Below are positions 1 to 13,160 of a DNA stretch of 64,000 bases, in pieces. How positions within the stretch are numbered: position 1 is the stretch's first letter; each line of letters starts with the position of its first letter. The DNA is from Octopus vulgaris. Lineage: Eukaryota. The notes under the pieces were generated by a model, which was given only the letters and a program-made list of their open reading frames with translations, made no database searches and was not told where the DNA came from. The position numbers and the translations under genes were made by a program. The stretch lies in NCBI GenBank assembly GCA_951406725.2, contig OX597815.1:248001-312000 (forward strand), read 5' to 3'.

Positions 1-1002
1 GCATATAGTTTCCATCCGGATATTATACGATGGGTTGGTGCCTTCCTCTCAGATCGCTTCTTCCAAGTTCAAGTTAATGGTTCGCGGTCCGACGTCTCCA
101 GTGCGAGCAGTGGCGTGCCTCAAGGTTCAGTGCTTGGGCCCTTGTTGTTCTTAGTCTTCATAAATGACTTGCCCGACGACCTCACGCAACACACCCTTCT
201 ATTTGCCGACGATATCAAACTGGTCGCTCCTCGCGGTAGTATAGAGGATCTTCGTCGATGCCTCCACCAAATTTGGAAGTGGTCTAACGATTGGGACCTG
301 TGTCTGAACGTGTCAAAGTGCTGTCATCTGCCTGTCGGCTCTACTCCTGCAACTCAACTGGATTTCGAGCCGGGTCGTCTGCTGCTGGAGAGGACCGATC
401 AGGTAAAGGACCTGGGTATCTTGGTGGATTCCTCCTTTTCGCCTTCGGCCCAGTGCGTCCATGCTGCCAACAAAGCGCGCGGAATTCTGTTTTTGATTCG
501 ACGGTCATTCGGAATGCTCACAGCAGCCATATTCCTACCACTCTATGTCACGCTGGTGAGACCCATATTGGAGTATGGGATTCAAGCCTCTTCTCCTTAT
601 CTCCTCAAAGACATACAGCATCTCGAAAGAGTCCAGATGCTGGCTACCCGCATGGTTCATGGTCTCAAAAATTTGTCCTACGAAGAAAGGCTGAGGACGC
701 TCGACCTTTATTCTCTTGAAAAACGCCGCCGCCGTGGTGATCTCATTCTCGCCCACAACATCATAAGCGGGAAGTGTAACCTCTCGAAAGAGCTGTTCTT
801 CACTCCTGCTCCAGAGCGTCGGCTGCGGGGTCATTCCGAAAAGCTCTACCTGCGACGATTTCATCTCAATCGAAGGAGAGGAGCTTTCTCAATCCGGGTT
901 GCGGATCCGTGGAACAAGCTGCCAGACGAGATGGTGAAGATGCCGACGACCGCTTTGTTCAAATTCTCCCTGGACCTCAAGTGGCCTGAACTCTTTACAT
1001 GA
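1..1002 (+). CDS. Reverse transcriptase ORF (partial) of the CR1-like LINE
   Basis: Uninterrupted frame. The ORF track 115..1002 is a sub-ORF starting at an internal GTG. Confidence 0.85.
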   Translation, partial: AYSFHPDIIRWVGAFLSDRFFQVQVNGSRSDVSSASSGVPQGSVLGPLLFLVFINDLPDDLTQHTLLFADDIKLVAPRGSIEDLRRCLHQIWKWSNDWDLCLNVSKCCHLPVGSTPATQLDFEPGRLLLERTDQVKDLGILVDSSFSPSAQCVHAANKARGILFLIRRSFGMLTAAIFLPLYVTLVRPILEYGIQASSPYLLKDIQHLERVQMLATRMVHGLKNLSYEERLRTLDLYSLEKRRRRGDLILAHNIISGKCNLSKELFFTPAPERRLRGHSEKLYLRRFHLNRRRGAFSIRVADPWNKLPDEMVKMPTTALFKFSLDLKWPELFT

Positions 1003-1082
1003 ACACCACCCTGTACTTAACTCCATGTCCCCCTACATGGCCTTGCTATTTGCTTTTGAGCCAAATTAACTAACTAACTAAC
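1..1082 (+). mobile_element. 3' part of a young CR1-clade non-LTR retrotransposon (RT C-terminal half, 3' UTR, (AACT)n tail); continues upstream of the window
   Basis: Frame +1 is open from base 1 to the TGA at 1002. It carries the RT motifs GVPQGSVLGPLLFLVFINDLP and LFADDIK and the CR1-type C-terminus (YEERLRTLDLYSLEKRRRRGDLI...RGHS...FSIRV..WNKLP). A short 3' UTR ends in TTAACTAACTAACTAAC. Confidence 0.92.
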
Positions 1083-4000
1083 ATGATTGTATGTATACAT
1101 GTGTTTATGTATGTGTGTGTGTGTATGTTTGTATGTGTGTATGTATGTATATATGTAAGTATGTATTCATGTATGTATGGATGTATGTATGTATGTATAT
1201 ATGTATGTATGTATGCATGTATGCATGTATGTGTGTATGTATGTATGTATGTACGTATGTATTCAAGTATGTATGCATGTATGTATGTCTGTATCTATGT
1301 ATTTGTGTAAGTATGCATGCATGCATGTATGTATGTGTTTATGTACGTACGTATGTATGTATTTATTCATGTATGTATGTATGTTTGTATGCATGTATAT
1401 ATGTATGTATGTATGTATTCATGTATGTATGTATGTATCGATGTATGTATAAATGTATGTATGTATGTATGTCCGTAATCATGTATGTATGTATGTGTGT
1501 ATGTATGTATGTGTGTATGTATGTATGCACGCATGTATTGTATGTATGTACGTACGTATATATATATGTATGAATGCATGCATATATGTATGCATACATG
1601 CATTTATGTATGTACGTAAGTATATATGTATGTATGTATGTACGTATGTATGTATGTATGTATGTATGCATTCATGTATGTATGTATGTATGCATATATG
1701 TATGTATGTGTGTATCTATGTATGTGTGTATGTATGTATGTGTGTATGTACGTATGTATGTATGTATGCATGCATGTATGTATGTACGTATGTATATAGG
1801 TATGCATGCATGTACGTAAGTATGTATGCATGTATGTATGTATATATGCATGAATGCATACATGCATGTATGTATGTATGTACGAAGGCATGTACGTATT
1901 TACGTACGCATGTATGTATGTATGTTTGTATGTATCCATGCATGTATGTATGCATGCATGTATGTATGTATTCATGTATGCATGTATGTATGCATGTATG
2001 TATGTATGTATGTATGTATCTATGTATGTGTGTATGTATGTATGTATGTATGCATGTATGTAGGCGTGTATCTATGTATTTATGTACGTATGTGTGTATG
2101 TATGTACGTACGTACGTATTGATGTATGTGTGTATGTATGCATGCATGCATGTATGTATGTATGTATTTATGTATGTATGTACGTATGTATGTACGTATG
2201 TATGTATGTATGTATGTATGTATGTACGTACGTATGTACATACGTACGTATGTATGTATGTATGCATGCATGTATGTATGCATGTATGTATGTAAGTATG
2301 TATGTATGAATGCATGCATGCATGCATGTATGTGTGTGTGTATGTATGTACGAATGCATGTATGTATGAATTTATGTATGTATGTATGTATGTATGTATG
2401 TATGCATGCATGCATGTATGTATGTATGTATTCATGTATGTATGTATGCATGTATGTATGTGTGTATGTATGTGTGTATGTATGTATGTGTGTATGTATG
2501 TATGTATTCATGTATGTATTTTTCTATGTATGTATGCATGTATCTATGTATCTATGTACGTATGTATGTATGTATGTACGTACGTATGGATGTATGTATG
2601 TATGTATGCATGTATGTACGTATGTCCGTACGTATGTATGTATGCTTCCATGTATGTATGCATGTATGTACGTATGTATGCAGGCATGCATGTATGTACG
2701 TACGGACGTATATATAATAGGATGTATGTACGTACGTACGTTCGTACGTATGTATGTATGTATGTATGTATGTATGTTTGCATGCATGCATGTATGTACG
2801 TACGGACGTATGTATGTATCTATGCATGTATATATGTATATATGCATGTATGTATGTATGTATGAATGTATGCATGTATATATGTGTGTTTGTATGTGTG
2901 TATGTATGTATTATGGACGTACATACGTACGTATGTATGACTGTATGTGTGTTTGCATGTATGCATGTATGCATATGTGTATCTTTGTATGTATGTACTT
3001 CCGTAAGTACCTACGTACGTATGTATGTACGTATGTACGTATATATTTATGTATGTATGAATGCATGTATGTATGTACGCACGTATGTACGTATGTATGC
3101 ATGCATGCATGTATGTACGTACGAACTTATGTATGTATGTATGTATGCATGCATAAATATATCTATGCATGGATGTATGTATGTATGTACGTATATATGT
3201 ATGTATGTATGTATTCATGTATGTATGCATGTACGTATGTATGTATGTATGCATGTATGTATATAGGTATGTATGCCCGTATATATGTATGTACGTACGT
3301 ACGTACGTACTCATGTATTATGTATGTATGTATGTATGCATGCATGCATGTATAAATGTATGTATGTATGTACGTACGTATGTATGTATGTATGTACGTA
3401 CATACGTATGTATGCATGTATATATGCAAGTATGTATGTATGCATGCATGCATGCATTCATATATGTATGTACGTACGTATGTTTGTATGTATGTATGCA
3501 TATATGTGTATATGTATGTATGTATGTACCTACGTACGTACGTATGTATGTATGCATTTATGCATGCTTACATGTATGTATTGTATGTAACTATTCATGT
3601 ATGTATGCATGTATGTATTTATGTATGCAAGTATGCATGTATGTGTGTATGTATGTCTGTATGTATGTATATGTGTATGTATGTATGTATTCATGTATGT
3701 GTGTATTAATGTATGTAAGCATGGATGTATGTATGTATGCATGTATGTATGTGTGTATGTATGTATGTGTGTATGTATGTATTTGTATGTGTGTGAGTGT
3801 GTATGTATGTATGTAGGTATGTATGAATGTATGAATGTATGTATGTATGTATGTATATATGCATGTATGTATGTATGTGTGTATGTATGTATGCATGCAT
3901 GTATGTATGTAAGTATGTACGTATGTATGTATGTTTGTATGTATGCATGTCTGTATGTGTGTATGTGTGTATGTATGTGTGTATGTATGTGTGTATGTAG

Positions 4001-4835
4001 GTATGTGTGTATGTGTTTACATTCATGTATGTATTCATGTATGTATGAATGATTGTATGTATGTATTCACGCATGCATGTATGTATGTAAGTATGTATGT
4101 AAGTATGTATGTATGTATGTGTATATGAATGTATGTATGTATGTGCATGTGTGTGTATGTGTGTATGTATGTGTGTATGTATGTATGTATGTAAGTATGT
4201 ATGTATGTATGTATTAATGTATGTATGCATGTATGTATGTGTGTATGTATGTGTGTATGTATGTATGTATGTATGCATGCATACATGTATGTATGTATGT
4301 ATGAATGTAAGTACGTATGTATGTAAGTAATCATGTATGTATGTATGTATGTGTTTATGTATGTATGTTTGTATGTGTGTATGTATGTATGTATTCATGT
4401 ATGTAAGCACGGTGGTATGAATGTATGTATTCATGTATAAATGCCTGTATGTATATATGTATGTATACTTGTATGTATGTATGCGTGTATGTATGTATGT
4501 ATGAATGTATGTAATCATGTATGTATGTATTCATGTATGTATGCATGTATGTATGTATGTATATACGCACGTATGTATGCATATGTGTACGTATGTATGT
4601 GTGTATGTATGTATGTGTGTATGTATATATGTATGTATGTATTCATGTACGTATGCATGTATGTATGCATGTATGTATGCATGTATGTATGTATGCATGT
4701 ATGTATGTGTGTATGTTTGTAAGTATGTATGTGTGTATGTATTCATGTATGTATGCATGGATGTATGTATGTATGTATGTATGCATATATGTATGTGAGT
4801 ATGTGTGTATGTATGTGTGTATGTATGTGTGTATG

Positions 4836-4866
<31 letters not shown>

Positions 4867-5893
4867 ATGTTTGTGTGTGTGTGTATGTATGTATCCATGT
4901 ATCTATGAATGTATGTATGTTTGTATATATGCATGTATGTGTGTATGTATGTGTGTATGTATGTATGTGTATGTATGTATGTATGCATGTATGTATTTAT
5001 GTATGTATGAATGTAAGTACGTATGTATGTAAGCAATCATGTATGTATGTATGTATGTGTTTATGTATGTATGTTTGTATGTGTGTATGTATGTATGTAT
5101 TCATGTATGTAAGCACGTAGGTATGAATGTATGTATTCATGTATAAATGCCTGTATGTATATATGTATGTATACTTGTATGTATGTATGCGTGTATGTAT
5201 GTATGTATGAATGTATGTAATCATGTATGTATGTATTCATGTATGTATGTATGTACGTACGTATGTATTTATGTTTGTATGTATGCATGCATGTATATAT
5301 GTACGTATGTAAGTATGTATGTATGCATGCATGTATGTATATATGCATGTACGTACACACTTACGTAGGAATGTATGTATGTATGCATGTATGTATGTAT
5401 GTACTCATGCATGCATGCATGCATTTATGTATGTATGCATGCATACATGCATGCATCTACCTATGTATGTATGTATGTATACATATATGTATGTATATAT
5501 GTATGCATGTATGTATGCATGTGTGTATGTGTGTATATATATATATGTATTCATGTATGTATGTATGTATGTATTCATATATGTATGCATGTATATGTAT
5601 GTATGTATGTATGTGTGAATGTGTGTATGTATGTATGTGTGTATGTATGTATGTGTGTATGTATGTATGAGTGTGTGAATGTGTGTATGTATGTATGTGT
5701 GTATGTATGTATGTGTGTATGTATGTATGTATTCATGTATGTATATATGTATGTATGCATGTATGTATGTATGTATGTACATATGTATGTATGTATGTAT
5801 GCATATATGTATGTGTGTATGTGTGTCTGTATGTATGTGTGTATGTATGTGTGTATGTAAGTATGTGTGTATGTATGTGTGAATGTGTGTATG

Positions 5894-5925
<32 letters not shown>

Positions 5926-8900
5926 AGTGTGTGAATGTATGTATGTATGTGTGTATGTATGTATGCATGTATGTATGTATATGTTTGTGTGTGTGTGTAT
6001 GTATGTATGTGTGTATGTATATATGTGTGTATGTATGAATGCATGTATGTATATATGTATGTATGCATGTATGTATGTATGTATTCATGTTTGTATGAAT
6101 GTATGTATGTTTGTATGTATGTATGTGTGTATGTATGTGTGTGTATGTATGTGTGTATGTATGTATGCATGCATGTAAATATGTATGTACGTACGTATGT
6201 ATGTTTGTATGTATGCATGCATGTATGTATTCATGCATGTACGTACGTACGTATGTACGTATGTATGTATGTATGTATGCATGCATGTATGTATGCATGT
6301 GTGTATGCATGTATCTATGTATGTATGTATGTATGATTTTATGTATTCATGTATGTATGTATGTATGTACGTATGTATTGATGTATGTATGTATGTATTT
6401 ACATATGTATGTATGCATATATGTATGTGTGTATGTGTGTCTTTATGTATGTGTGTATGTATGTGTTTACGTAAGTATGTGTGTATGTGTGTGTATGTAT
6501 GTATGTATTCTTGTAATGATGAATGTATGGATGTATGTATGCATTTACGTATGCATGTATGTATGTAGGTGTGTATGTATGTATGTATGTATGTATGTAT
6601 GTATGTATGTATGTATGTATGTGTGTATGTGTGTATATATGTATGTGTGTATGTACATATGTATGTGTGTATGTATTCATGTATGTATGCATGTATGTAT
6701 GTATGTTTCTATGCATGTATGTATGTATGTGTGTATGTATGTATATGTGTATGTATGTATGTGTGTATGTATGCATGTATGTACATATTCATGTATATAT
6801 GCATGTATGTATGTATTTATGCATGTATGTATGTATGTATGTGTGTATGTGTGTTTATGTATGTATGTGTATGTGTGTATGTATGTATATGTGTATGTAT
6901 GTATGTATTCATGTATGTATGAATGGATGTATGTATGTATGCATGTATGTATGTGAGTATGTGTATATGTATGTATGTGTGTATGTATGTATGTACATAT
7001 GCATATATGTATGTGTGTATGTATGTGTGTATGTATGTATGTCTGTATGTATGTATGTATGTAAGTATGTATGTATGCATGCATGTATGTAGGTATGTAT
7101 ATATGCATGCATGCATGCATGTACGTACGCACTAACGTAGGAATATATGTATGTATGCATGTACTCATGCATGCATGCATGCATTAATGTATGTATGCAT
7201 GCATCTACCTATGTATGTATCTATGTATGTATGTATGTATACATATATGTATGTATATATTTATGAATGTATGTATTCATATATGTATGCATGTATATAT
7301 GTATGCATGTATGTATGTGTGAATGTGTGTATGTATGTATGTGTGTATGTTTGTATGTGTGTATGTATGTATGTATTCATGTATGTATATATGTATGTAT
7401 GCATGTATGTATGTATGTATATGTTTGTGTGTGTGTGTATGTATGTATGTGTGTATGTTTGTATGTATGCATGTATGTATATATGTATGTATGCATGTGT
7501 GTATGTATGTATGTATTCATGTTTGTATGAATGTATGTATGTTTGTATATATGCACGTATGTATGTGTGTGTGTATGTATGTGTGTATGTATGTGTGTAT
7601 GTATGTATGTATGCATGCATGTAAGTATGTATGTACGTATGTATGTACGTATGTATGTATGTATTGCATGTATGTATGTATGTATGTGTATGTATGTATG
7701 TATGTATGTATGTATGTATTCATGTATATATATATATGTATGTATGTATGTGTGTATGTATGTATGTGTGTATGTATGTATATATGTATGCATGCCTGCA
7801 TGTATGTATGTATGTATGTATGTATGTATGTATGTATGTATGTATGTGTGTATGTGTGTATGTATGTACGTATGTATGTATGTATTCATGTATGTAGGCC
7901 TGTTTGTATGTATCTATGTATGTATTCATGTATGAATGCATGTATGTATATATGTATGTATGCATGTTTGTATGTATGTGTGTATGTATGTATGTATGTA
8001 TGCATTCATGTATGTATGCATGAATGTATATGTGTATGCGTGTATGTATGTATGTATGTATGTTTGTATGTATGTATGTATGTATTCATGTATGTATGCA
8101 TGGATGTATGTATGTATGTATGTATGTGAGTATGTGTGTATGTATGTATGTGTGTATGTATGTATGTATATGTTTGTGTGTGTGTTGTATGTATGTATGT
8201 CTGTATATATTCATGTGTGTATGAATGTATGTATGTATGTATTCATGTATGTATGTATGTATTCATGTATTTATGCATGTATGTATGTATGTATCTGTGT
8301 ATGTATGTATGTATGTATGTATGTATGTATGTGTGTATGTATGTATGTATTCATGTATGTATGTATGTATGTATGCATGTATGTATGTATGCATGTATGT
8401 ATGTATGTATCTATGTATGTAAGTATGTATGTATGTACGTACGTACGTATGTATGTAGTACCTACGTACGTATGTATGTATGTATGTATGCATGTATGTA
8501 TGTATGCATGTATGTACATATGTATGCAAACATGCATGCATGTATGTAATACGGACGTATGTATGTATGCATGTATGTATGTATGTATGTATGTATGTAT
8601 GTATGTATGTATGTATGTATGTATGTGTGTATGTATGTATTCATGTATGTATGTATTCAGGTATGTATGCATATATGTTAGTATGCATCTATGTATGTGT
8701 GTATGTGTGTATGTATGTATGTGTGTGTGTATGTATGTATGTATTCATGTATGTATAGATGTATGTATGAATGTATGTACGTATGCATGTATGTATGTAT
8801 GTATGTGTGTATGTATGTATGTGTGTGTGTATGTATGTATGTGTGTATGTATGTATGTCTGCATGCATGTATGTATGTATGTACGTACGTTTGTATGTAT

Positions 8901-9140
8901 GTATGTATGCCTTTATGTATGTATGTATGCATGCTTGCATGTACGTATGTATGTTTGTATGTATGTATGCATGCATGTATGTATGTATGTCTGGATGGAT
9001 GGATGCATGTATGTTTTTATGTATGTATGTACGTATGCATGCATGCATGCATGCACGTATGTATGTATGTATGTATGTGTGTATGTATGTATGTGTGTAT
9101 GTATGTTTGTGTGTATGTATGCATTTTTGTATGTATGTAT
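1083..9140. repeat. ~8-kb degenerate (TATG)n/(CATA)n microsatellite array with TG, CATG and TACG variants
   Basis: Directly visible. It generates the many spurious MYVC/HTYI ORFs. Confidence 0.98.
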
Positions 9141-9199
9141 GATCTCTCTTTGAGATTTATCTAAGTTCTTCTGGAGAGAGTCCAAGCTGTTTGCTAACC

Positions 9200-9662
9200 A
9201 AACGACAACACAATTTCAGTGAAGAGAGTTCCCGGTGTTTGTAAATATGTGGTTGAGTTGGTGTGTTGGGGTTGAACTGTCGATGCATACACCCAAGTGT
9301 TTACATCTATTCACATAAGATTCTAACATGGAGAACTTCTGGAATGCCTTACAGATCTTCACTGTGCCATTAACAGACTGGATTTGGAGAAACCGCATCA
9401 GTTTCTTTTGCACTTTCTCTTTGAAACCAAGTGTTTTTAAGTTTTTGTGCACATAAGTTGGTCCGCAACGTAATGTGCCTATTATGATGGGTACAAATGA
9501 GAATTCAGAGTCAGGACTCAAGAGCTGTAAATTCAGCATTCTTTTGACATAAACGTTCTTACTTTCCTGGACTTTTCATTCTACATTCATATCTGATATG
9601 GGCAGCTGACTTCTACAACAGGGCGTGACTTTTATTCCCTGTCCCACAGAACAATATCAGGT
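9200..9662 (-). mobile_element. Decayed 3' end of an RLE-type (restriction-like endonuclease) non-LTR retrotransposon
   Basis: The minus strand reads PDIVLWDRE*KSRPVVEVSCP and then ...FSFVPIIIGTL...KICKAFQKFSM, which fits a PD..D..E RLE domain layout. Confidence 0.65.
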
Positions 9663-10952
9663 CTGTGTATGTGTGTGTGTAGGTATGCATGTTGCTATAA
9701 TTGCCTTTATAGGCAGCACATTCTAGATTTGAAAAGGGGACTAAAATGTGGATGTAAGACACCCGAGTAATTCTATGAGCCATATCAGTAAATAAACTTG
9801 TAACAGCTGCGTTCTCTGTTTAGTAACAGAACTGTGTTGTGGCCGTGGCACAAAGCTATAATATCTGTTGTATTCTTAATAATGTACAAATGCTTTACAT
9901 AAATATTACAAATCATTGCAGGTTGTTTTATAGGAGAAAGACTAAATCTAATCAACTGCGGCGTGGAAGGTGTTTATAAGCCATTTAAAAACACACAAAA
10001 ACCGTTAGATTCACTTCAACATTTCAATTTAATTTGTCAATATATTTTCGTCGCTTCGAGACCGCCAAATGTTCACTGACGATATTCTGTGCAGCATCTA
10101 AATATAAATTTTGTTCTCTTTGAGAATGACAGAGATTTACAGACACCATCCTACAACAACAATACAGGGAAAGGCAAGACTGCCACCAGTCCCCCCCCCC
10201 CCAAACCACCCTTAAAAAAAAGATTTTTTTTTTCGACTCAAACCCCCACTTTTCGGCTATGGGAAATACGAACCTGCAAAACAATTGGCAAAAATTGACA
10301 TTACCACCCCCACTCACCCCCACTTCCTTCATTTTTAACTTTTTACGGAATTTTTTTTTTCAAAATATGCGGAAAAATACGGACGTTATGATTCAGAGAA
10401 AAATTTCAAAACATTTCTGTACTTATAGTTAGGGTTTTAGGGTTTTAGGGTTAATGTTGGGGAAAAAAGACAAAATTGAAGTTGGGGGCGGGGGGAAGGG
10501 GGGGGAAGGGGGGGAATTTCACAATGCCGGTTTTTGGCAATTTTCCGGAAACGGGAATTTTTGGCAAAAAAAAAAAACTTAATAAATAAATTTGGTCGGA
10601 AATGGGTGGGGGAGGACAGAGAATTAATATCATGGGGAGCAACGGAAATTTCGTGTAGTACCAGCTGTTTAAGAATAAAGGAGTACAAATCTTCCTCCTC
10701 ATTATGGGTTCATTAATTTCCTTTTCATTAAAAATATTTTTAAAACCAAATTTTATCCAAGGGAGATAACTGTGCTTTTATTTTGATTTACTTCCCTTAC
10801 ATTGCTTAGAAACTGTGTTGAAGGTTGATAAGGAACTGTGATATCACAGAATACTTTCTTATCAATAAAGAAATAGGTCGGTATGTATATATGTATGTAT
10901 GCAAACACCCAATAATATATGTGAGATGAATAATGAACTTATTGTATACGGT

Positions 10953-11391
10953 ATAACCAGGTGGGCAGACTGGGCTCGTTAGCCTTGGTTGGCAGCCAGT
11001 CTAGGAGAAGGAAAACTCTGACTCCAAACCCTCGCTCCGCTGCCTTGCGGATGCTCTTGGGAGAGAGAAAGGGTATGGGAGTAAACCCAGACAGAAAATC
11101 CGGAGTGGAGCCCCGAAGGCGGTAGGGTGTCGAATCTCGACCCCTTTCCGGCAACTCCTGCAGCCAACCAGACTCCAAACGTACTGCACTGCATTCCTTT
11201 GGATTATGTCTGGGGGGTCCGAGAGGGAGATTCTGGTGTCTGGGCAGCCCAGTGTCTTCGTTTCTACCGCCCAGGCTTGCGCTATGGAGAAACTACTCCA
11301 TCGATGGAACAAGCTGAGATGGCAGTTACGAGTTATAAGCCAGGGTGAATTGGTGTAATCCCGGGCGCTACGGGCCGTCTCTAACGGAAGA
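10953..11391 (+). mobile_element. GC-rich non-autonomous retroelement, probably RTE-derived, with a 10-bp target-site duplication
   Basis: TGTATACGGT at 10943-10952 and 11392-11401 brackets a CpG-rich insert. The insert contains CCAGTCTAGGAGAAGGAAAACTCTG, which resembles RTE-clade 5' UTRs, and ends in ...AACGGAAGA. Confidence 0.6.
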
Positions 11392-11439
11392 TGTATACGG
11401 TGCTCACAAGAAAAGGTGGCCGATAAAGCATGAACAGGA

Positions 11440-11830
11440 CCTAAAATAGAAAATGAACAGTGACTGAGTTGTTTGAAAAACCCCCAAAAGTGGGGGGCAT
11501 CAGGTGTACTGCTGGGGAATTTCGGGAACCACGGAAGTTTTGAAGGATGAATTGTCCCGACAGCCAACAACTAGAACAGGTAATTTATTTCTTGCTTCGG
11601 CAGTTCTGAACATGGAAAAGTGTTTCTGAAAGTTGTGGGTGCTATGTTTTGTTTTTTTTTAATTTCGTAAGTATGTTCACGAGTGTCAGACATATGGAAT
11701 TCAAAACAGAGGCCCAAGGCTGTTGTTGCAAAGATGGTGGGTAATCTTGTGCTGGTAACAGCGCAGGAGTGGGGTCTACCAAGTCAAATCAGGTGAAGTA
11801 TTGCGTCTGAATCCCTCTTGAAAATGTTTG
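11440..11830 (-). mobile_element. Decayed CR1/L2-like LINE 3' fragment (similar relic at ~19930-20200)
   Basis: The minus strand reads DTREHTY...FRNTF. The block CATGGAAAAGTGTTTCTGAAAGT is near-identical to ~20040. Confidence 0.4.
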
Positions 11831-12059
11831 GCTCTCAAATTTGTACCACACTGAGCAAAATGCTTCGTGGCATTTCTACCAACTTTAGATTTTGAGTTCA
11901 AATGCTATAGGGGTCGACAGGGGTCGATAAAATAAGTTCCAGCTGAACACTGGGGTCAATGTAATAGACGAGCACCCCAACCCCCGAAATTGCTGGCCTT
12001 GTGCCAAAACTTGAAACTATTATTATTTGATAAAAACTTTCAGGTTATTTAGTTGGAAA

Positions 12060-13160
12060 GTGTCAGCTGCCCACAGCCAGTAGGCAAAGGTGATACGTGG
12101 TTACTGGTTATGCTTCAAGAACCCTATGAAGAATTCTTGCAGTTCCAAGCAATGCTGACTTTTGTAGGTGTTCTACCTTTATATTTGTACCAATCTTTTT
12201 CAGCCATGTTGGTAGTTGAGTGCTGATACTTCCAAGAGCACCAATTACTATTGGTACCACGTCTAACTCCTCTCCTCATTGACCACAACCTTCGTATTTT
12301 CTGCTTCAAATCGTCACAGTTGTTCCAGTATTCCTTCCCCTTTTTCTTTGATCCTGTTCTCACCTGGACATTCTATGTTGGTCATCATACAAGTTCTTTC
12401 TTTTTCATTCACCACAATAATATCTGCTTTCCAATGTCTGGTCAGGTGGTCACACTGAATCATTGCATTGCAGGATTTTGCAACCTTCATTCCCGGTGAC
12501 TCCTTCTGGGCTTTGCTCATACTATGTCGTTGCTCTTTGTAGGCCATAATTTCCATAGAGTTCCCAATGGATCATTCTTGCCACAGTGTTGTGCCAATTT
12601 TGGGCATTTGTTAATGATGTGCCATACTGTTTAACTCTTCTCACTACACATTCTGTATTTGTTGCTCTTGGTAGTGTTGTTGATTCTGCACTTCACATAG
12701 TTCATAATGCTTGTCCTTGTGTTGCACATACAAGTGCTTTTGTCTTTATCTTTAGGTCACTCCTCATCCATAGTCTTCTGTATCTGTCTTGGTGTTTGTA
12801 TCTCTTGCAAACTGACTGCACATTTTTTCTCCTTCCATGCTGTTTCTTTTTTTGTGTTCTTTTCCTCTTTAAGTTTTTCTTTCTTTACACAATTATCAAT
12901 TTTGATGATGCCAGACTTCTTCCCATGTTTCACCAATGGTTCCATGGTATTTTTAACATCCCACCCCAAGCTGCTTTCATCTGCTTCTACACAATCCTGG
13001 CAACTGATCAAACCTCTCCCGCCTTCTAGACAAGTGCAGCCGATTGGTGTCATTCCTAGCAGGGAAGAAGGCTCCATGCACTGTCTTCATTTCCATGTTC
13101 ATCAGTTTTTTTTCTTTTGCCAGTTTATGATTCCAACTCCATACTGAAGTGATGCAATTG
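12060..13160 (-). mobile_element. Decayed R4/Dong-like RLE LINE fragment
   Basis: Frameshifted pieces read EGGRGLISCQDCVEADESSLGW, HWKADIIVVNEKERTC..IECPGE and VPIVIGALG. Confidence 0.7.

Noticed and set aside
1083-9185. Dozens of overlapping MYVC/HTYI-rich ORFs of up to ~400 aa
   Set aside because: These are artefacts of the stop-poor (TATG)n microsatellite and occur in all six frames.
10190-10750. G/C- and A/T-run-rich segment with TTAGGGTT repeats and G4-like GGGG tracts
   Set aside because: No clear termini or ORF. The long homopolymers may reflect a decayed repeat or low consensus quality, and it is not a true telomeric array.
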